From NCBI GenBank assembly GCA_964252035.1, contig OZ176202.1: 64,000 bases of DNA, one strand, 5' to 3'. Position 1 is the stretch's first letter, and every line of letters starts with the position of its first letter. The notes under the pieces are model-generated. The model was not told the DNA's origin. It saw nothing but the letters and a program-made list of their open reading frames with translations, and ran no database searches. A program made the translations under genes and the position numbers. Origin of the DNA: Podarcis erhardii (taxonomy: Eukaryota). This document shows positions 57,862 to 64,000 of the stretch, one piece after another.

Positions 57862-57989
57862 GCATAATGGATCTCTATGCTGAAACATACAGACTTGGTT
57901 TTGCTTCATTAAGTTGTCTTTGTTGAAGGATCCAAATGGGTAAGGTTTTTTAAAAAAAATAAATCATAGGTTTTTACATTGTATTCAGT

Positions 57990-59010
57990 TAAGTAACACC
58001 CCACAAAATAATAAAAAGGAAGAAAAATTATAATATCCACATAGTCTCCTTTTATCATTCATTTTACAACATAGAGAATCCCTTAATGATATTCAAAGGT
58101 CAACTATACACTTTACAATCAATGAAGTATCCCATCTATAATTATACACCTTTGTTCTTACATAATTGATTGATTTTGCCATCATTGCATAATCCCGTAT
58201 CTTACTATGTTGTTCCTTAATTGTCAGAGTAGTAGCCAATCTCCACAAAGCTGTGAATAAGGTCCTTGCAGCTAGAACAAATAAGTCATTTCCTTGTGTT
58301 CTTCCTTCACTGGCCCTTCTAGATAATTTAAAAGAAACATAACTGGAGGTAATGGGACTTTGTATCCCAGAATTCTTTATAAATGTACTATGATCTACCC
58401 TCTGCACAATAATTTCATATTTCTATCAGATGTGGGGAAAGTCCCACTTTTCTTTCTGCCATTTATAGCATGTGGAGGAATTGTTTTTACTTAGTTTATT
58501 TTAATTGGTGTGATATACCATCTACTCACTATTTTATAGCAGTTTTCTCTTATTCATGAATTCAAAGAAGCCCTGTGTCCATATAACCATAACTTTTCCC
58601 ACACATCTCTTGGTATATTTCCCCCAAAGTTCTGAGCCCATTTTATCCTTGACTTTTTCTGGCCCCATATTATAGTTCAATAGCAACTGGTAAATTGTTT
58701 ATCTGCTTTAAATTAGTTTCTCAAATTCAGTCATTTTTCTAATTTGATTAGATATTTTTCTCTGTTCTTGCAGTTTAGAACAGATTCAGAAGTATTCAAA
58801 ACAGAGAGGATTCCTTCCCACCATCTGTCTCCTAATCTCTAAATATGAACATATATCTGTGCTTATTTAATCCATGAAATCTAAAAATATTGTAATTTTT
58901 CCACATTTTAACTTAAAAATATTCTCTTCTATTATGTCTGCATTGGTTCCAGTGAAGAGAATTTAGGATTGTCTTTTCTATTTTTCTATCAACCGCCTAT
59001 TCTTAACAAA
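57990..59010 (-). mobile_element. Degenerate L1/Tx1-type LINE ORF2 3' end
   Basis: AT-rich; fragments LFVLAARTL...KIRDYAMMAK and a broken CxxC...GTF..H knuckle resemble recalled lizard L1 ORF2 C-termini. Confidence 0.6.
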
Positions 59011-62000
59011 TTAGAAAATCATATATATATAAAACACACTGGCACAGCCTTTGGCATCAAAGCCTGAAAAGTTGGGCAGCCCAAGGAAACTTTGCTGAAG
59101 GAGTAAAGTATAATTGCTTATGGAAAGTGGGAGGGGAAGCATAGCTCTTTTACTATGTTGCTCTCCAAACAGCTAAGAGGTAGTAGTGCCATCAGGGCAG
59201 AGTGAGTCTCCCAAGTGCCCATCAAAACCTGGAACTAGCTTTGGCTTCAGTAGTTCTTCTGTTGAAAGCATGTGAAAGAGTCTGTGCCTATGGAACCTGT
59301 GCGTGCTTCTCTGAACCCTCTTGGTTCATCAGATAGTCTGCAAGAGACAAATTAGTAGATGGATGGGATCGTTAGCTTCCAATTCTTTCTTCAGCCTTAC
59401 CACTTTTATCTTAATTTATCTTCCTTTCTAGTGGAAGTTAGCACAAGTGAATTGAGATGATGCTCAGATAATAATGGCTAGAGAGAGGCTGTCAGCATCA
59501 TGAAAACCAAGTGTTTGCTGCCGTGCCAGTATTGGAAGGAGGGGGTGTTGCTAGATGGTTCTAGAAACTATTCATGCCATGGAAGTCTGGCCCTGATGTT
59601 ATGACAGCCCAACATTCCCTCTAATAATAAAGCTAGGGAGCCAATGGTGTGCCTTCTGCTTCACTTTGTTCTACCAAGGGCCTAGTAGAATACAGTATAC
59701 TGATGACATTGTGTGTCTCTAACTCCAACCCGCTCTCATTCAAGATCCTTTGAGCCAAGGATGACAAACCTGCCACTCACAAAGCCAACTGATTGCAAGC
59801 TCCCATTTTCTTCCCCATTTCAGCTCTTCATCCCAGGGACATATAGCAATCATTCATCCATGCAGGGATAGTGCCCACCCCTAAAACTGCACCATTCATT
59901 GCATATGGTTGGAGGGAGAAATGATACACCTCCAGAAATTGGTAGTGGTGAATCTCAGTCCCACACCCAGGAAAGGTCCTGTTACCCCAAGGTGTTTGGG
60001 TGTGGGTGAGGATGTGTTGTGTACCTTCATGTGTGGCTTTGTGTGTACTAGCATGCAGCCTTTGGAAGAATAGCAAAACCTTGAATGCAGCCTCAGGTGG
60101 AGAAAGGCTAACCACTCCTGATATCAGCTGCTAGGGCGCCTGCCCCTCCCACAAGGCTTTAATTAAGATGGGAGGGGAAAGTACCCTTTCTGATCTAAAT
60201 TAACTCACAACATCCCCATCTTAATTGAAACTGGGACGGTGGGAGGGGAGAAAGACCTAAAATCTTAATGATCCAGAAGCAGGGAAATGGGAGTTACAGG
60301 AAATGAGTCATGACACCTTGATGGCACTTGCATCTCAACCACAATTTCTTTCCAAACTCTTCCATACAGTGTGGTCACAGAAAGTTAATCCACTTTCCTG
60401 TTCTGTACTGGTCAGGTTCAAGGACATTAAACCTGTTCCCTACTCTGTAATGCTATAGTACACAGGTTCTGCAAAAAAACCAAAAACTCTCCCCGATTAT
60501 GTGGAAGTTGTTATATTTGGTTGTTTACCATCTGATGTTTTATTTACTGCTTATGACTACTTTTGTTATATTCATAATTACATAATTTTTCCATGTTGTA
60601 AGCTGCCTTGAGCATGGCTTTAACTATGGAGAGGTGGAATACAAATAAAATGATGCATGTATGAAATTGAGCACTTATTGCCACAAACAGATACTTGATT
60701 TTGCTCCAAAGCCATCTATAAATAGCTGAGCAAAAGTAAGGCTGAGACAAGGAATTGTTTAGAAAGAATATAATGCAACAGTGCACCAAACTGATGGCCC
60801 TTGATGACTTTGATAACATGGGAATTGCCTGTGCAGCTGGCTCTTTTGCAAAATATCCTGTTTGAGGTGCTATCATGTGACACAAAAACATGGTCCATTG
60901 TGATGAGGAGATCTGTAAAGTTTGTGTGTTCAAGATGGTGCATGTGAATTCACCGCAAGAGGGATGGACAAAAGCATCCTGGCCCCTATACATTTTATGT
61001 GAGTACATCTAGTTCTAACCACTTTTAAAAAACAGTGAAAATGTTCACACATTCCAGTCCTGTGTATACTTATTCCAAAAGTATTTGCTTCTGAGGTCAG
61101 TCGGCCTTATTCCCAAGTATACATTCCTGGGACTGCAGTTCAAATACGCAAGGCCGGCTAACATATGCAAACTGCCTGCTTTTTCTCACCACACAATTCC
61201 CCCGGTTTCCATGTTTACAAGTGTAACTTGGCCCTAATTTGCCAATTATCATATGCAATAATTATAGTATTGTATTCTGCCCAAGAGCAGGTCAACAATC
61301 ACAAAGAGCTGGCCCCTCTGCTTTGTGAAGTTGACCTCTGTCAGCTACAGACTTGTTGCAAAATCTGTAGATTGATGACTCATGAGTTCGCTTGAGGACT
61401 TTGACTTTTCAGTCTGAGGGTGACAATGCTAATCTTTTGTGCATTTTTTCATTACATTTCCTCATTGCCATGTAAGTTAAGACAACATTTGAAGCCACAA
61501 CCCAGAGTCTTTGGATTTTTGAGCTAATTTAGTCCTCACAAATGCCAATGAATTCCAGGAAAATGATCCCTTCATCTGCAACAGGAGATGGGCTTTTAAA
61601 TAAACATATTTCCAGATTATAAGACTTCCAAATAAATGTATTTTGGACACGTGCTGAACCTCTCAAGCAATTTAACCCTGCATATTTTGATTTAAGATTA
61701 TCCCAGTTATAGTCCATAAACCAGTTAAACCAGAGCACTTGGATGTAAGCCAGCTTTACACCCATTTACGTCAATGGAACTAATTTGATTTAAATCAGGG
61801 CATTCCAGCGTAATTGGTTTGTGAATCAGGTTGTTACTCATAGATGTCAGTAGGACAAAAGTGCTTAAATCCAAGTTTTTCAACTGAACTAGATTAGTTT
61901 GGCTGTTCAAACTTAAAATTGTGTATTTGCTTGTTTCAAACTAAATAAAAACCTCAGATTTTTTTAAAAAAAGAAGTTTCTAGCCATCTTTATTATGTAA

Positions 62001-62313
62001 GAAACTGAAGAATTGTTTTTTTAAAAATACAGCATGCTTCTACGGGTCAAACACCACAACATTTAAAAAGGTCAAGGTCAGCCCAATTGCTGAGTGGGAC
62101 TAATTCCTTCCAGGCTTATGAACACGCCTTGGCAACCAGTTAAATTCCTGACATTCTACATGCAAAACAGATACCTTGGGTTACATCTTCCTCTCTGGAC
62201 ATCTTCCTTTGCTTCTTGATTCAGTTAACAACATGATGATGGAGCCACTAAGCCAGATGTGTGTACATCAACATTACATTGTTCATAAAAAACCCTCAGT
62301 GTCTCTCAACAGC

Positions 62314-63149
62314 TGTCAGGATGATGGGGGGTAAGAAGAGGATCCCAGTGAGGGGTGCAGCCAGGACTGGGACACTCTGGGAAGCAGGGAGTGGGGAAGG
62401 AAATACTCACAGAGTGACAGAGGATGGTGAGAGATGGGGGTTGGTGCACAGGAACCAGAGCAGCAGGGCCTATCACTAGAGCCAGAGGGGCCGCTGCCCC
62501 AAGAACACGGTGGTCTTTGAAGCTTAGGGAGCAGCTCAAGGGGCGATCTAGGAGGCTGACACAGGCAAGGGCCCACAACCCAGCTCCCTAGCTGGCCAGG
62601 TGGGGCTGGCTAGCTCTGGGAAGAGGGATTTGATTCCTCAGCTGGAGGAAGCTTGGAACAGGTGAGGGTCAGCTGCCTCGTCAAGCCCAGCTGCTGCAAT
62701 CAGCAAAGTACAAAAGGGAAGCAGAGCTGAGGGGCTGTGTCTGCTGTCCATGTTGATGGACGTTGGCTTGGATGATCCTGGACTTGGGAGCAACACTAGG
62801 CTTTATTTCACCTGGGTCAAAGACCCAGTTTGGCACCCCCTGCACGCATTAGCATATACACAGGCTGTGAACCGCAATGGCGCCCCTTTGTAGGCTTCAC
62901 CTGGGGCAAATAAAAACTGGCTATCCCCCCTGCCCCATGGCTCTGCTAGACCTCTATGGGACTGCGCTTTGGTTTTGATTCTGGACTATACTCTGACTCC
63001 TGGACTTCAGGCTTGGCTGCTTGGATTTGTCCTGGACCGCATTTCCTGACTTTTGGACTTCAGACTTCGTTTGTGTGGATTGACCCCTGGACTTGGACTT
63101 TGGACTTGACATACTGATGTGCTGCCAGGTAGGCCAGGGGTTCAGGACA
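62314..63149 (+). mobile_element. Possible old solo LTR (TGTCAGG...GGACA) with a nested MITE at ~62780-62950
   Basis: TGTC/GACA termini, G/E-rich open frame at the 5' end, GGACTT repeats near the 3' end; no TSD found. Confidence 0.4.
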
Positions 63150-63807
63150 TCAGAAAACAATACAAATTAAAGTAAAGAAAGATCGCAACCAGGAAGGCTT
63201 CATCTCCAAATAGGAACCACAGAGTTACGGTAACTTTCAGAGGAGGAGCCATTTGCCTCCTGGTGGACTGTGGGGAAAAGAAGCCCCCTGGTGATTAAGA
63301 TGGCTGCTGGAAGTAGTTTTCAGTTGGGATGCAGCATGTGGAATTCCCTCCCTAGGAAGACTTGCCAGGCACCAAGCATCCCTTTTTACACCAGGTAAAG
63401 TCCTCCCCCCACCTTCTAGCATGTTATCTAATTGTTTGTGAATCCTCAGATAGTTAATGTGGGCTCCACTACCGTGGCAGGGCCTACTAATGCTGGCACT
63501 GCCCTGGCCTTCAGATACAGCGTCCCTCAGGGCATTGTGGGAAATATAAAAGGTCTGTCAAGTGTTGCTGCTTCTGTCACCTGTAAAAACCCACACTTGG
63601 GGCCACACCAGTGTAGGAGGGGACTGATCAGGGTATAGTTTTGCCAAAGGCCCTTAAGCTGGACCTGTACTCTAGGGACAATATTTTTACTTACTTCACC
63701 AATTTTTCAGGCGCAATGTTCTGCTGTATTGGAAGTGGCACTGACCTATGATGAGCAGGTGTAAGGGACCCTCATCCCCTGCCACACCCTAAGGCACCCA
63801 TTCTTGC

Positions 63808-63897
63808 CATAGCTGTCAACGTTTCCCTTTTTTTAAGGGAAATTCCCTTATTCTGAATAGGATTCCTCACAAGAAAAGGGAAAAGTTGACAGCTATG
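63808..63897. mobile_element. 90-bp hAT-type MITE
   Basis: CATAGCTGTCAAC...GTTGACAGCTATG TIR; 8-bp TSD ATTCTTGC/ATTCTTAC. Confidence 0.82.
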
Positions 63898-64000
63898 ATT
63901 CTTACCTTTTGCATTGCCACAGTGAATTGGTATGGCACAACATGCAGGTGCAATAGTGGTGAAACATCAGCGTAAATCCACTCCTGTGACAAATCTTTCA

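Larger units (their letters stand above)
52194..57880 (+). other. FOXO3: FOXO3 terminal non-coding exon (3'UTR, ~5.7 kb)
   Basis: Acceptor ttgctttttttcttcttcCAG (52191-52193), then GATACCGTTTACAGCTT...CAGAGACTGTTAA resembling the recalled human FOXO3 3'UTR start; AU-rich blocks; ends after AATAAA at 57856. The 3' end is approximate. Confidence 0.85.

Overview
Vertebrate (squamate, probably lacertid lizard; inferred from the SINE content) genomic DNA holding the 3' part of FOXO3 on the + strand. The window runs through the distal ~43 kb of the long first intron, the large coding exon (42944-44383, stop at 44345-44347), a 7.8-kb 3'UTR intron and the terminal 3'UTR exon (52194 to ~57880). The first coding exon lies upstream, outside the window. 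The intron is full of L2, CR1 and L1 fragments, SINEs, and hAT and Tc1/mariner-type MITEs. The main feature is an apparently intact, very young Ty3/Gypsy chromovirus (Tf1/sushi type, 36732-42220, - strand, 396-bp LTRs identical by eye, CCTTG target-site duplication) 723 bp upstream of the FOXO3 splice acceptor. It has four unusual properties. (1) Its integrase tail carries an aromatic-cage-deficient chromodomain followed by two acidic FxGF motifs resembling LEDGF/TND-interacting motifs. (2) Pol reads through the PPT and all of U3. (3) An LTR-encoded basic/Trp motif recurs, in the same reading phase, in an otherwise unalignable solo LTR 0.9 kb away. (4) The gag-pol junction combines an H-type pseudoknot, a non-canonical slippery site and a UAAUG stop-start overlap. 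Repeat-family names are from recall and need a Dfam/Repbase check. No rRNA, true tRNA or CRISPR features were found.
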